Assembly (NCBI GenBank): GCA_963748035.1
Contig: CAVVHO010000009.1
Coordinates: 30,949-94,948, forward strand
DNA length: 64,000 nucleotides
Direction of reading: 5' to 3'
Source: an uncultured Gemmatimonadales bacterium
GTDB lineage: Bacteria; Gemmatimonadota; Gemmatimonadetes; Gemmatimonadales; GWC2-71-9
Shown here in pieces: positions 15,260-30,127 of the stretch (the first letter of the stretch is position 1; every line of letters starts with the position of its first letter). The position numbers and the translations under genes are program-made. The notes beneath the pieces were generated by a model that did not search any database, had not been told where the DNA came from, and saw nothing but the letters and a program-made list of their open reading frames with translations.

Positions 15260-16726
15260 CTATTGCGCCTGACGCAGCTCCACCCTGCGATTTGCGGCCC
15301 GGCCTGCGGTGGTATTGTTGGGTACTAGCGGTGATGCGGAGCCGTAGCCGCGTGCGATCATCTGCTCGGGCGGAACTCCCAGCTGGATCAGTCGGAGGCG
15401 GACGACATCGGCGCGCCGTTGGGACAGAATCAGGTTCGAGGTAGGATTGCCGAGGTTATCGGTGTGACCCGCAACCTCTACTTTCATCTGGGGGGAGGCG
15501 AGCAGCGCACGGGCGACCCGCTCCAGGCTCGGCCGCGAGGCCGGGAGCAGCGTTGACTTGCCGGATTCGAAGGTGACTCCATCAAGCACCACGGGGGTGG
15601 AGCCGATGAACAGTGGCGGGCAGCCTGCAGCGTCGACAGTGCTGCGCGGTGGCGTCGCCGGGCAGGCGTCAATCGAGTCGGCAACTCCATCTCCATCGGT
15701 ATCCCGTGCAGGCACACAGCCGCTGGCGTTCACCTTGGCGCCCGGTTCGCTGTTGGGGCAGCGATCGAGATCGTCAGGCACACCGTCCTTGTCGGTGTCC
15801 TTGGGCGGGGCGCAGCCAACACCGTCGACAACCGTCCCGGCGGCAGTACCTGGGCACTTGTCGCGCGCGTTCAGGACCCCATCGCCGTCCTCATCCACCG
15901 GGCAACCGCTCGCATCCACGATGCGGCCCGCTGGCGTGTTCCTGCACTTGTCTTCCCCGTCTGAAACGCCGTCCGCATCACTGTCCCGAACGGCCGGACA
16001 GCCGTTCACATCCACCGGCTCGCCAAGCGGCGAAGACAGGCAGCGGTCCCGCGAATCGGGCACCCCATCCTTGTCGCCGTCCTGCGGACAGCCGGTGCTC
16101 GAGACCTTCTCTCCTGCCGCGCTTCGCGGGCAGGAGTCGAAGGCGTCTGGCACGCCATCGCGGTCCGCGTCTTTGCGCTTCGCATCGGTCGCCTTGCCAA
16201 GCAGAACGCCGAATCCGGCTTGTGCACCGTAATTCACGTTGCGAGCGGCGGTGGCCCGATTGAAGGGGCGCTCGACATAGTCGACTGTCCCGTCGACCCG
16301 AAATGTCAGGGCGCCCGCCACCCCAAACCGCAATCCGAGAATCCCAGTCACGCCGTTGTCGGATTCATGCAACGTCCCACGGTACCAATCGTGCACCCAG
16401 CCGGCGCCGAGTATCAACGCCACCTTTTCGGAGACCGGGGCGTGATAGGCAAGGCGCAGCCGGAAGGGTATGGCACTGACGGAAGCTCCGCTGGCGAGTC
16501 TGCTGGAAGTGAATGAAGCTTCGCTCTCGATCGCGAGTTGGCTCAGGGCGAAAACTCCAAGCCGCCCACCGGCGCCCACGCGGTCGTTGTCGATGGGGAG
16601 AGTGCCATCGAACCGCGTGAAGCGTCCAAAGGCACCGATATCAATCGTTCCCGGGCGTTGGGCCGCCAGTGGAACGGCCGACACCAGCATGGCGCTGGCC
16701 AACCCGAGCAGTAGGCGCGGAGACAT
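15260..16726 (-). CDS. OmpA family outer-membrane protein with thrombospondin type 3 repeats
   Basis: Signal peptide, beta-barrel-like N-terminus, about six DxDxDGVxDxxDxC..GC repeats, OmpA domain (GHTDN, LSQRRA, NRRVE). Confidence 0.92.
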   Translation of the reverse strand: MSPRLLLGLASAMLVSAVPLAAQRPGTIDIGAFGRFTRFDGTLPIDNDRVGAGGRLGVFALSQLAIESEASFTSSRLASGASVSAIPFRLRLAYHAPVSEKVALILGAGWVHDWYRGTLHESDNGVTGILGLRFGVAGALTFRVDGTVDYVERPFNRATAARNVNYGAQAGFGVLLGKATDAKRKDADRDGVPDAFDSCPRSAAGEKVSSTGCPQDGDKDGVPDSRDRCLSSPLGEPVDVNGCPAVRDSDADGVSDGEDKCRNTPAGRIVDASGCPVDEDGDGVLNARDKCPGTAAGTVVDGVGCAPPKDTDKDGVPDDLDRCPNSEPGAKVNASGCVPARDTDGDGVADSIDACPATPPRSTVDAAGCPPLFIGSTPVVLDGVTFESGKSTLLPASRPSLERVARALLASPQMKVEVAGHTDNLGNPTSNLILSQRRADVVRLRLIQLGVPPEQMIARGYGSASPLVPNNTTAGRAANRRVELRQAQ

Positions 16727-16808
16727 CAAGGCCCCAAGATGAGGAGAGACCGTGGGTTAGCGGGCACTGCACAACCCTCAACGCTAGGCGTTCGAGCAAT
16801 GCGTGGGC

Positions 16809-16824
16809 TGTGACAGCCCTCACG
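16809..16824. promoter_or_regulatory. Possible CRP/FNR-family binding site upstream of the OmpA gene
   Basis: TGTGA-CAGCCC-TCACG, 9/10 match to TGTGA-N6-TCACA. Confidence 0.35.
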
Positions 16825-16865
16825 TGTCACGCACACAGAGATGGCGTCTGTCAGAGGAACAACCC

Positions 16866-17729
16866 TCAAAGGGAGCCAGCGGAAAAGGTGTCGCACTGAT
16901 TCGGATCCTTGGTGCGGAAGCCTTGGCCGAACCAGCGTTGGCGCTGGTCAGAGGTGCCGTGGGTAAAACCCTCAGGGTTCACATACCCCTGTGACATCTT
17001 TTGTATTCGATCGTCACCCACCGCTGAGGCGGCTCGCATACCTTCCTCGAGGTCGCCCTGATCCAAGCCGCCCTTGGCCTGGTAAATCCCGCCCCAGACG
17101 CCGGCGAAGCAGTCCGCTTGGAGCTCGAGACGTACCGACAGATCGTTGGCCGATTCGGGCCGCTGCTGTTGGGCCTGGCGGACCTTGGCTTCAATCCCGA
17201 GCTGCTTCTGCACGTGATGCCCGATTTCATGGGCCAGCACGTAGGCTTCCGCGAAGTCGCCGGCGGCCCCGAACCGGCTGCTCAACTCGTCGTAGAAACC
17301 CAGATCGATGTAGACCTTCTCATCCGCGGGGCAATAGAAGGGCCCGGTGGCTGCCTCGGCGAAGCCGCAAGCAGATTGGTAGGCGTCACGGAACAGGACC
17401 AGCTTCGCGTCGCGATAATTCCGACCCAGCTTGGGGAAGATCGCGGTCCATTCTCCTTGAGTGCTGTCCAGCACAGCGGAAACGAACTCTGCGAGCGAAT
17501 CCTGGTGAGCCGCCTGTTCCGGGGTCAGCTCCGTGTCGGGGCCGGCCGGCGAGCCGGCGCCGCCTCCCAGGAGCGCAAAGAAGTCCCGCTTAAAGACCAC
17601 GCTCAGGATGAGCAGTACGAGCATTGCGCCGAGCCCCAGTCGTCCCCCCCCAAAGCGGGGACCACCACCGCCGCTTTGTTCCCGCATGTCCTCAACGTTC
17701 TGGCTCATCGGTCCACGATTCCAACGCAT
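16866..17729 (-). CDS. Neutral zinc metallopeptidase, YpfJ family
   Basis: GPFYCPADEKVYIDL, HEIGHHVQ zinc motif, LELQADCFAG, FTHGTS. Confidence 0.93.
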   Translation of the reverse strand: MRWNRGPMSQNVEDMREQSGGGGPRFGGGRLGLGAMLVLLILSVVFKRDFFALLGGGAGSPAGPDTELTPEQAAHQDSLAEFVSAVLDSTQGEWTAIFPKLGRNYRDAKLVLFRDAYQSACGFAEAATGPFYCPADEKVYIDLGFYDELSSRFGAAGDFAEAYVLAHEIGHHVQKQLGIEAKVRQAQQQRPESANDLSVRLELQADCFAGVWGGIYQAKGGLDQGDLEEGMRAASAVGDDRIQKMSQGYVNPEGFTHGTSDQRQRWFGQGFRTKDPNQCDTFSAGSL

Positions 17730-17871
17730 GGAGCCTCCGGGGGGGGACGTCGTCCGGGTGATCGCAACCGCCTAGGCAGGAATGAATATCGGCCGCGCGA
17801 AGAAAGCCAGCCAGTGGCTCTGCGCGCAGTGGTCTGGCCCAACCACGAGACACGCTACCAAATTGCAGGGC

Positions 17872-20800
17872 ATGCGACCCAACAGCCGGCTGTACCTCCT
17901 CGCCGGGGGCCTCGTCCTTGCGGCCTGTGGAGGAAGTGAACCCAACCACTCGCCCGCGGTGATCGTGGTTGTCTCTGGCAACAACCAGACGGGAGGAGCC
18001 GGCCAACAGCTGGCCGCGCCGCTCATTGTCCGGGTTAATGACAAGGGCGGAGACCCTGTGGCAGACGTGGTGGTGACCTTTGCCGTCACCGCCGGCGGGG
18101 GCAGCGTGCAGACGACCTCGGGAACCACCGATGCCCAAGGTCGAGCGGGCACGCTGTGGATCGTGGGCACCGCGATCGGCGCGGCGAACACCGTGACGGC
18201 CACCTCGGGAGCCCTGGCGAACTCTCCTCTGAGCTTCAGTGCCACGGTCCAAGCGGCCCCCGCCGCGGTGGCGACCATCATCCAAGGGGATGGCCAGGCG
18301 GGCTTTGTTGGGGCCGCCCTTTCGAGCCAGATCCAGATCGAGTTCCGGGACGCCTTCGACAATCCGGCAAGTTCCCAAGATGTCGCGTGGCTGGTCACGG
18401 GCGGGGGTGGTTCCATCAGTGCCACCGCGGCTCAGACCGATGCCTCAGGCCTCGCCTTCGCGACTTGGACGCTGGGTTATCAGCTGGGAAACGGTCATAC
18501 GCTGACCGTTCACGTCGGCGGCGTGACGGTGAATCTGGCGGCAACGGGCAACCTCACTGCAGGCAGTACACTGACGGTCTTCTCGGGGAACAACCAGACG
18601 GGCGTTGCTGGGCAGGCTCTGGCGGCCGCAGTTTCGGTCAGGGTCCAGACAGCTACCGCCCACAGTGTGTCCAATGTTCCGGTCGCCTGGAATGTGCAGG
18701 CTGGCGGTGGCAGCGTGGCACAGCTCTCGACCCTCACCAATGTCAGCGGCATCGCCTCGGTGAGCTGGACACTCGGCGCAGGCAGTGCCAGCCAGACTGT
18801 CTCCGCCACCAACCTGGAACTCGCGCCGACGAGCGTTACGCTTGCCGCGACCGCCGTGGTTCCGCCAGTCTCGTCCATTGTCGGGACGGTCACGGTCGTG
18901 GACAACGAGGTTTCCGCCATTCGCATCGCTTCCCGGTCGTCACGTTCGCCAGGCTCGGCCAGCAGGGATGGGTTTGTCCACCCGCGTGTCGCGGTTCGGA
19001 TAACGCGGCCGAAGGCCATTCGGTTCGTTCCGGGAGACGTCCTGGTCCGTTTCAAGGCGAGCTCGATTGGCGGGCCGATCGGGGTGGGCTCCCTCAAGTC
19101 GGTGGAGACTGCCCGCTCGGTCTCTCAGGCCATGCTCGACCGCCTGGTGTCACACACGCGTCCGGGCGCAATAGCTGTCGCGGGCGTGTCGCCCGTCATC
19201 CGAACCGCTCGGCTCAAAGTGACGGATCTGACGAAAGTGGACTCCATCGCCCGGGCTCTCGCTGCCGACCCGGCCGTGGAGGCGGTAGGGCCAAATCCCA
19301 TGGCCTGGGCGATTGGTGGCCCGACGCACCCGGGTACGGTGCCCAACGATCGCTACTACCCGGATCAATCCTGGATGTACGCCATGCTGGACTTGCCCCG
19401 TGCCTGGTCGATCACGACGGGCTCCTCGAACGTGATCGTAGCCGTCCTGGATAACGGAATCGTCTTTCATCACCCCTCGGTGGGGGCGGCCGGCGCAACT
19501 TCCCTGACAGGAGGCGGGAACCTCCGGAACGATGGATATGACTTCGTGAACAATACCGATCCGCTCGTGTCGATCTGCTTCAATGCGGGCGGTGGCAGCG
19601 CCAACAACTCCGGGGACGGCGACGGGTACGACAACAATCCAGCCATCCCGGATGACCGGGATCCCAGCGATCCGTCGGGGTGTCTCGGCGCGCGGGAACC
19701 GCTTGGTGCGCACGGGACCCATGTCGCGGGAACGATCGGCGCGCTGGGCAACGATGGAAATGATGTCGTTGGGATCAACTGGCATGTCAGCATTCGACCG
19801 GTCCGGGTGCTTGGCCTTTCGTACGGATCGTTTTTCGATATTGCCCAGGGCATTCTCTACGCATCGGGCTTCACGGCTGCCGGCCCCAACGGACAGATCA
19901 ACCCGTCGGGACCGCCCGCTCGGATCATCAACCTGAGTCTGGGGGGCGACTGCCCGAACGGTGTGGACCCAATCCACACCGCGATCCAGACCGTGAGTGC
20001 GGACCCGAGCACCGCCCCGCTGATCGTCGCGTCGGCGGGTAACGAACGGTCCTCGGTGCCGTCCTGCCCGGCCTCGTACCCTGAGGTTCTCTCGGTCGGC
20101 GCCGTGGGGCCCACAGGGCTCCGGGCCTCCTATTCCAGCTTTGGCAGCACCGTGGACATCGCGGCACCAGGCGGGGAGTTCACCAATGGTCCCAGTGACG
20201 ACGGGGCCACCTACATGGTGCTCTCGAGCGTTTGCGACTTTACCGTTTTCCCGTCGCCATGCACTCCCGGCTGGGCCTACTACGAAGGCACTTCGATGGC
20301 CGCACCACATGTGGCCGGGGTCGCGGCCCTACTGCTGGCGCAGGACCCATCCCTGACGGCAGCTGACCTGCGGACCCGGCTCGTTACCTATGCCACACCG
20401 ATCGATCCTAGCCAGCAAATCGGTCCCGGGATCGTGAATGCGCGGAACGCGCTGACCCAGAGCTTCGCGCCCGCCCGCCAACTCTACGTGCGGGCCGTGA
20501 ACGCGACGAGCGGCGCGGCCGTGGCCACCGTGGCCGCCCCCGGTGGGAACTTCACCATTAGCAACCTGCCCGACGGGAGCTACTTCGTCGTCGCGGGGGA
20601 AGATGAGGCCGGCGACGGCGTCATCGGCCAACCGGGCCGGCACTTCGGCGCCTTCGGCGGTTCAGCCAACCCGACGGCAGTTGCCGTCAGCAGCTCGGCC
20701 GGGGGCTTTGCCGCGTTCACGATCGGACAGGCTGCGGAGCTCGAACCGAACAACAGCGCCGGAACCGCCGGGCGTCTCGAGATCGACGGGTCCATTCAGG

Positions 20801-21130
20801 GGCGTCTCGGTGCGGCGGATGAGACCGACCTCTATCGGATCCAGATTCCGACGGCCGGCACCTACTCCTTCGAGACCACCGGGTTCTCGGGGGCGTACTG
20901 CGGCTTTGCCCTGGAGCTAAACACCGTCGTCTCGGTGCTGGACCAGAACCAGGTTGCCGGTCGCCAACGGCAGTTCCGACGATATCAACCGGCCTGGCCG
21001 GAATTTCTGTTCGCTTGCCACGACGACGCTCCAGCCGGGTCCCTATTTCGTGCAGGTCACCCGCGGGGTCTTCTTCAATACGGCCCCCCACCAGGGGCGC
21101 TATGTCCTGCAGGCGCGGGAGGGTCCATAG
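17872..21130 (+). CDS. Lipoprotein S8 (subtilisin-like) serine protease with Ig-like domains and a C-terminal PPC domain; apparent +1 frameshift near 20955
   Basis: Lipobox LAAC, three SGNNQTG/QGDGQAG Ig repeats, catalytic motifs VAVLDNG, HGTHVAG, GTSMAAPHV; the coherent C-terminus (..LQPGPYFVQV..YVLQAREGP*) lies in the +1 frame and stops at 21130. Confidence 0.9.
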
Positions 21131-21144
21131 CCGGACCGGTTGAC

Positions 21145-21173
21145 TTGACCCAACTTCGCTCGGCGGCTAGCTT
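21145..21173 (+). promoter_or_regulatory. Sigma70-type promoter of the str operon
   Basis: TTGACC-17 nt-TAGCTT ending 9 nt before the rpsL ATG. Confidence 0.6.
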
Positions 21174-21182
21174 TGGCGTTCT

Positions 21183-21571
<389 letters not shown>

Positions 21572-21575
<4 letters not shown>

Positions 21576-22042
21576 GCCGACGCAACAAGGCCGTACGGCG
21601 CACGGTTCCCCCCGATCCGCGGTATGACAGCCAGACCGTCTCCAAATTCATCAGCTCCCTCATGTACGAGGGAAAGAAGAGCACGGCCGAGCGGATCTTC
21701 TACTCGGCGATGGATCTGATCGAAGAGCGGACCGGCCAGCCCGGCGTGACGGTATTCAAGCAGGCAGTCAATAACGTGAAGCCCGCGCTCGAGGTGAAGA
21801 GTCGCCGAGTAGGCGGCGCTTCACTCCAGGTGCCGGTCGAAGTTCGCCCCGAGCGCCGGACGGCCCTCGCCATGCGCTGGGTGATCGACTTCGCTCGGGG
21901 CCGGGCCGAGAAGACCATGCACGAGCGTTTGGCCGCCGAGCTCATCCTTGCGTCAAAGGGTGAGGGTAACGCGATCAAGAAGAAGGAAGACACTCACCGG
22001 ATGGCGGAAGCCAACCGGGCGTTCGCACACTATCGCTGGTAG
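21572..22042 (+). CDS. rpsG: 30S ribosomal protein S7
   Basis: [25 protein letters not shown]. Confidence 0.99.
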
Positions 22043-22070
22043 CTCGGCGACTCGGCTGGTATCTCGGCGT

Positions 22071-22102
22071 GAGGCCGGTTTCCCAATGGGAGCCGGCCTC
22101 TT
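22071..22102 (+). terminator. Terminator-like hairpin after rpsG
   Basis: GAGGCCGGTTTCCCA/TGGGAGCCGGCCTC stem with a weak U tail. Confidence 0.5.
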
Positions 22103-22126
22103 GCACTTATTGGCAGGTTGCTAAGC

Positions 22127-22170
22127 TCCCCCGTTCCCCCGTTCCCCCGTTCCCCGTTCCCCGTTCCCCG
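22127..22170. repeat. Tandem repeat E4, (TCCCCCGT)3(TCCCCGT)3, single arm
   Basis: Six 8/7-mer units, no complementary arm seen nearby. Confidence 0.9.
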
Positions 22171-22185
22171 AACCTCCACGGCCCG

Positions 22186-22213
22186 TTGACATTGGGGGCT
22201 CGAGGGTTAGTAT
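22186..22213 (+). promoter_or_regulatory. Internal sigma70-type promoter upstream of fusA
   Basis: TTGACA-16 nt-TAGTAT. Confidence 0.6.
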
Positions 22214-22495
22214 TCCCGGGCTTTTCAGGATCGGGTGCATTTTCGGTCCTCCAGTACCAGAGACATCGGGTCATGTGACGGCCGGTTCCAGAGGAGTGGA
22301 GCCCCGCTAGGCACCTCCGGCCCTCTAAGAAAACGCGTGGGACCACTGGTCCTCGCTTGGGCGAAAGCCTGGGCGTGCGCGGAGCGAAACCACCGGGTCC
22401 GCCCGGGTCGGTCGCCCCGCTTTTTCGCTGTTAGAAGGGTGACCGTCGGCTCGAACGGCCGTGCGGGCCAAACGGGAGCAAAGAAACGGACAGGA

Positions 22496-24592
<2,097 letters not shown>

Positions 24593-24605
24593 CCACGAGG
24601 ACGTT

Positions 24606-25805
<1,200 letters not shown>

Positions 25806-25877
25806 AGCCATCGGCCGTCAGCCGCACAGGCGCAGACGACTGACGACTGACGACTGACGGCTGACGGCTGATGGCTC
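25806..25877. repeat. Heptamer-repeat hairpin E5, (GCCRTCR)n...(GAYGRCT)6
   Basis: GCCATCG GCCGTCA GCC then GACGACT x3, GACGGCT x2, GATGGCT. Confidence 0.9.
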
Positions 25878-25893
25878 AGACATAGAGGCAGCT

Positions 25894-26202
25894 ATGGCAC
25901 AGCGAATTCGCATCCGACTCAAGGCGTTCGACCACGGCGTGCTGGACCAGGCGGCGGCGGACATCGTCCGCACGGCCGAGAAGACCGGCGCGCAGGTCTC
26001 GGGACCGATTCCGCTCCCGGTCAAGATCGAGCGGTGGACGGTGCTTCGCAGCCCGCATATCGACAAGAAGAGCCGGGAGCAGTTCGAGCTCCGGACCCAC
26101 AAGCGGCTGCTCGACATCAACGATTCGCGGCCGCAGACCATGGACGCGCTGACCAAGCTCGACCTGCCGGCCGGAGTGGATGTGGAGATCAAGGTCGAAT
26201 AG
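25894..26202 (+). CDS. rpsJ: 30S ribosomal protein S10
   Basis: [29 protein letters not shown]. Confidence 0.99.
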   Translation: MAQRIRIRLKAFDHGVLDQAAADIVRTAEKTGAQVSGPIPLPVKIERWTVLRSPHIDKKSREQFELRTHKRLLDINDSRPQTMDALTKLDLPAGVDVEIKVE

Positions 26203-26204
26203 CC

Positions 26205-26828
26205 ATGGCCAACGGACTGATCGGGCGTAAGCTCGGCATGACCCGCGTTTTCACGGACGACGGCTCCTCGATCCCGGTGACGGTGATCGAGGCCGGTCCG
26301 TGCCGCGTCCTGCAGATCAAGGACGGCGCGGTCCAGCTGGGCTATGGCGCAGCGTTGCCTCAGCGAAGCAGCAAGGCGGAACTCGGGCACGCCAAGGCGG
26401 CCACGCTCGACGCGGCGCCGAAGATCCTCAAGGAATTCGGGACCAATGAGCAGAGCTACAAACTCGGTGACACGGTCACCGTGGGCATCTTTGCTGCCGG
26501 CGAACTGGTGAAGGTGACTGGGACGACCAAGGGCCGCGGATTCCAGGGCATCGTGCACCGCTTCGGTGCCGGCGGCGGTCCCGGTAGCCACGGCAACACC
26601 CGGCATCGGAAGCCCGGTTCCATCGGCGCGGGTACCGACCCGTCCCGCGTGCTCAAGGGCAAGCGGATGCCCGGCCACATGGGGGCCGAACGGCACACCG
26701 AGCTCGGACTTCGGGTCGTGAAGATCGATGCCGAGCGGAACCTGTTGTTCGTGCGGGGCGCCGTCCCTGGCGCGCGACACGGGATTCTGCTCGTGAACAA
26801 GCAGCACGGCAGGAGCCGCAATGATTGA
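26205..26828 (+). CDS. rplC: 50S ribosomal protein L3
   Basis: [30 protein letters not shown]. Confidence 0.98.
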   Translation: MANGLIGRKLGMTRVFTDDGSSIPVTVIEAGPCRVLQIKDGAVQLGYGAALPQRSSKAELGHAKAATLDAAPKILKEFGTNEQSYKLGDTVTVGIFAAGELVKVTGTTKGRGFQGIVHRFGAGGGPGSHGNTRHRKPGSIGAGTDPSRVLKGKRMPGHMGAERHTELGLRVVKIDAERNLLFVRGAVPGARHGILLVNKQHGRSRND

Positions 26829-27678
26829 GGCCCCGCATTTCTCCGCGGCCGGTGCCAAGAAGGGGGCCGGTTTCCGCTTGCCCGCGACGTTCTTCGACGG
26901 CACCGTGAACCACCCGGTGCTGCACGAAGCCGTGAAGGTCCACCTGGCCAACCAGCGTCAGGGCACCGCCGCTACCAAGACCCGCGCTTTCGTATCCGGC
27001 GGCAACGCGAAACCCTGGAAGCAGAAGGGCACCGGCCGGGCTCGACAGGGCTCGATCCGTTCACCGCTTTGGCCCGGTGGCGGCAAGGTCTTCGGTCCGC
27101 AGCCGCGTGACTACCGCCTGGGCATGCCGCGCAAGGTCAAGCAGCTCGCCCGCAAGAGTGCGCTCAACGCCCGTGCCGCGGAAGGCAACTTCTACGTCGT
27201 CGAGCGATTCGAGCAACAGAGCCCGAGGACGCGGGAGCTGGTGGCGCTGCTCGACAAGCTGGGGGTCGCCGAGCGGAAGGTGCTGGTACTTACCCATGGG
27301 GTCAGCGAAGCCATCTACCTGAGCGCACGCAACCTGCCGCGGGTTGATGTGCTGCCCTACTCCGACGCATCTGCCTATGATGTGCTGTGGGCCGAAGTCG
27401 TGGTAGTGGAGGAGCCAGCGCTCTCAGGTGAGCCGGCTCAGCCGTACGTTCGGCCGTTTGTGCCGGTCCCCAAGGGTGAGGGGCGGGTGGTGACGCCGCG
27501 GGCGACGCCCAAGAAGGCCGCTGCCAAGGTCGCGAAAGCCGCCAAGGCCGAGAAGAAAGCGGAGAAGAAGTCCGCCAAGCCCAAGGCCGCCGCGAAGAAG
27601 GCAGCGCCGAAGGCCAAGGCAGCGGCCAAGAAGCCGGCCGCCAAGAAGGCCGCGCCCAAGAAGAAGGGGGGCAAGTAG
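26821..27678 (+). CDS. rplD: 50S ribosomal protein L4 with Lys/Ala-rich C-terminal tail
   Basis: [27 protein letters not shown]. Confidence 0.98.
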   Translation: MIEAPHFSAAGAKKGAGFRLPATFFDGTVNHPVLHEAVKVHLANQRQGTAATKTRAFVSGGNAKPWKQKGTGRARQGSIRSPLWPGGGKVFGPQPRDYRLGMPRKVKQLARKSALNARAAEGNFYVVERFEQQSPRTRELVALLDKLGVAERKVLVLTHGVSEAIYLSARNLPRVDVLPYSDASAYDVLWAEVVVVEEPALSGEPAQPYVRPFVPVPKGEGRVVTPRATPKKAAAKVAKAAKAEKKAEKKSAKPKAAAKKAAPKAKAAAKKPAAKKAAPKKKGGK

Positions 27679-27966
27679 ATGCCGGCATTGCATGAGACGA
27701 TTGTGCGGCCGGTGGTGACCGAGAAGTCGTCGGCCGCCTACCAGCTCCGGAAGGAATACGCCTTTGAAGTCCATCCACAGGCGAACAAGTACGAAATCCG
27801 CGACGCCCTCAAGCAGCTGTTTGGCGTGACGGCGACCAGCGTTCGCACCATGCAGGTCCGGCGGAACTCGGTGGTCCGGGGCCGGGCCAAGGGTCTCACG
27901 GCCCGGTGGAAGAAGGCGATCGTCACCCTGAAGGAAGGGGAGACTCTCCCCGTATTCGAGGGCTGA
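27679..27966 (+). CDS. rplW: 50S ribosomal protein L23
   Basis: [22 protein letters not shown]. Confidence 0.97.
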   Translation: MPALHETIVRPVVTEKSSAAYQLRKEYAFEVHPQANKYEIRDALKQLFGVTATSVRTMQVRRNSVVRGRAKGLTARWKKAIVTLKEGETLPVFEG

Positions 27967-27967
27967 T

Positions 27968-28816
27968 ATGGGTATACGCCAGTTCAGGCCGGTCACGCCG
28001 GGCACTCGGTTCCGATCGGTGTCGGACTTCGCTGAGATCACGAAGTCGACGCCGGAGAAGTCCCTGCTGGAGCCGCTCCGCAAGAGCGGCGGGCGGAACA
28101 ACAAGGGCCACCTGACCATGCGGTACATCGGCGGTGGTCACAAGCAGATGTACCGGAAGATCGACTGGAAGCGGAACAAGTTCGGCGTGCCGGGGAAGGT
28201 GGCTTCGATCGAATACGATCCGAACCGCACAGCCCGGATCGCGCTGGTAGTCTACGCCGACGGAGACAAGCGCTACATCCTGCACCCCAAGGGGCTGCAG
28301 GTGGGCGACACAGTGGTGTCGGGACCGGGAGTGGATCCGCGTGTTGGCAACGCGATTCCGCTCGGCGAAGTCCCCCTGGGCGAGACCGTGCACAACGTGG
28401 AGCTCAAGATCGGCAAGGGGGCACAGCTGGCCCGCTCGGCTGGAGCGGCAGTCCAGGTCGTCGCCAAGGAGGGTGACTACGTGACGATCCGGCTCCGGTC
28501 CACGGAAATGCGCCGGGTGCATGCCAAGTGCATGGCGACTCTGGGCGAAGTCGGCAACGCGGAGCACGAGCTGCTGTCGCGGGGCAAGGCGGGCAAGACC
28601 CGGTGGCTTGGCCGGAAGTCACGGGTTCGGGGCGTGGCCAAGAACCCGGTCGACCACCCGCTGGGTGGCGGCGAGGGCAAGAGTTCGGGTGGCCGTCCGC
28701 CAGTGAGTCCGTGGGGCAAGCCGGAAGGCCGGAAGACCCGGCATCGGAAGAAGGCGTCGAACCAGCACATCGTCCGCGGTCGGCGCCGCGGTAAGGCGAC
28801 CGGAGGAAATGGCTGA
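27968..28816 (+). CDS. rplB: 50S ribosomal protein L2
   Basis: [25 protein letters not shown]. Confidence 0.99.
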   Translation: MGIRQFRPVTPGTRFRSVSDFAEITKSTPEKSLLEPLRKSGGRNNKGHLTMRYIGGGHKQMYRKIDWKRNKFGVPGKVASIEYDPNRTARIALVVYADGDKRYILHPKGLQVGDTVVSGPGVDPRVGNAIPLGEVPLGETVHNVELKIGKGAQLARSAGAAVQVVAKEGDYVTIRLRSTEMRRVHAKCMATLGEVGNAEHELLSRGKAGKTRWLGRKSRVRGVAKNPVDHPLGGGEGKSSGGRPPVSPWGKPEGRKTRHRKKASNQHIVRGRRRGKATGGNG

Positions 28817-29106
28817 TGTCGCGTAGCATCAAGAAGGGCCCGTTTGTCCAGGTGGCATTGCTGGGCAAGGTGCAGGCGATGAACACCCGCAACGAGAAGC
28901 GGGTCGTCAAGACGTGGAGTCGCTCCAGCACGATTCTGCCGGAGTTTGTGGGGCACACTTTCGCGGTGCACAACGGGAACAAGTTCGTCCCGGTATATGT
29001 GACCGAGAACATGGTGGGACACAAGCTTGGCGAGTTCGCCCCCACCCGGTTGTTCCGCGGTCATAGCGGCAAGCTGGTGGCGGACAAGAAGGCCAAGGCG
29101 GAGTGA
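28816..29106 (+). CDS. rpsS: 30S ribosomal protein S19
   Basis: [29 protein letters not shown]. Confidence 0.99.
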   Translation: MSRSIKKGPFVQVALLGKVQAMNTRNEKRVVKTWSRSSTILPEFVGHTFAVHNGNKFVPVYVTENMVGHKLGEFAPTRLFRGHSGKLVADKKAKAE

Positions 29107-29465
29107 CCATGGAAGCTCGTGCGATTCAGCGCTACGCGCGTCAATCGTCCCGTAAGATGCGGTTGGTCGTGGACCTCATTCGCGGCAAGAACGTGAACGA
29201 GGCCTTCGCGATCCTCAAGTTCAACAAGAAGTACGCGGCGAAGCAGATCGAGAAGACGCTCAAGTCGGCGGTGGCGAACGCCGAACAGGCGGCGCTCAAG
29301 GCCAACGAGAACCTCGATGTGGATGACCTGCTGGTGACCAAGGCGGTCATCAATATGGGCACACCGCTCAAGCGCTTTTCCCCGGCGGCCCAGGGCCGCG
29401 GGGTGCCGATCAAGAAGCGCACTTCCCATGTGGAGATCCACGTGGGCACGAAGGAGAGCAAGTAA
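29103..29465 (+). CDS. rplV: 50S ribosomal protein L22
   Basis: [26 protein letters not shown]; start may be ATG 29109. Confidence 0.97.
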   Translation: MTMEARAIQRYARQSSRKMRLVVDLIRGKNVNEAFAILKFNKKYAAKQIEKTLKSAVANAEQAALKANENLDVDDLLVTKAVINMGTPLKRFSPAAQGRGVPIKKRTSHVEIHVGTKESK

Positions 29466-30124
29466 TGGGGCAGAAGACCCATCCGACCGGCCTGCGTCTC
29501 GGTATCGTCAAGCCGTGGGCGTCGCGCTGGTTCGCGACCAAGGAAATGCCCGCCCTCCTCAAGGAGGACGAGCTCATCCGGAAGTACCTGAAGGCGCGTC
29601 TCGGGCATGCGGCGATCGCGCAGATCGACATCGAGCGGAAACCGGGCAAGGTCACCGTCACGGTGCACACCGGACGGCCGGGCGTCGTGATCGGCAAGCG
29701 GGGCGCCGAAGTGGACAAGTTGCGCGATGAACTGGCGCAGCTGACCGGCAAGGAAGCCGCGATCAATGTCGAGGAGATCAAGCGGCCCGAGGTGTCGTCC
29801 CAGCTGGTAGCGGACAACATCGCCCATCAGCTGATGCAGCGGATCTCGTTTCGCCGTGCCATGAAGCGCGCGGTGCAGAGCGCCATGCGGATGGGCGCGC
29901 AGGGCATCCGGGTCAGGGCCGGCGGCCGCCTGGGTGGGGCGGAGATCGCGCGGACCGAATCGTATCGCGAGGGCAGGGTACCGCTCCATACGCTTCGGGC
30001 GGACATCGACTACGCGACCAGCACGGCCAAGACCACCTACGGGACCATCGGGATCAAGGTCTGGATCTTCAAGGGTGAGGTAGTGGAGGATCTCTCGGGC
30101 CGCACCTACAGCACGGGGAACTGA
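29465..30124 (+). CDS. rpsC: 30S ribosomal protein S3
   Basis: [34 protein letters not shown]. Confidence 0.99.
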   Translation: MGQKTHPTGLRLGIVKPWASRWFATKEMPALLKEDELIRKYLKARLGHAAIAQIDIERKPGKVTVTVHTGRPGVVIGKRGAEVDKLRDELAQLTGKEAAINVEEIKRPEVSSQLVADNIAHQLMQRISFRRAMKRAVQSAMRMGAQGIRVRAGGRLGGAEIARTESYREGRVPLHTLRADIDYATSTAKTTYGTIGIKVWIFKGEVVEDLSGRTYSTGN

Positions 30125-30127
30125 CGG

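Noticed and set aside
22235-22495. N-terminal extension of EF-G (likewise the ORF-track extensions of nusG, rplK, priA, HDAC)
   Set aside because: Conserved sequence starts at downstream start codons; the extensions are longest-ORF artefacts.
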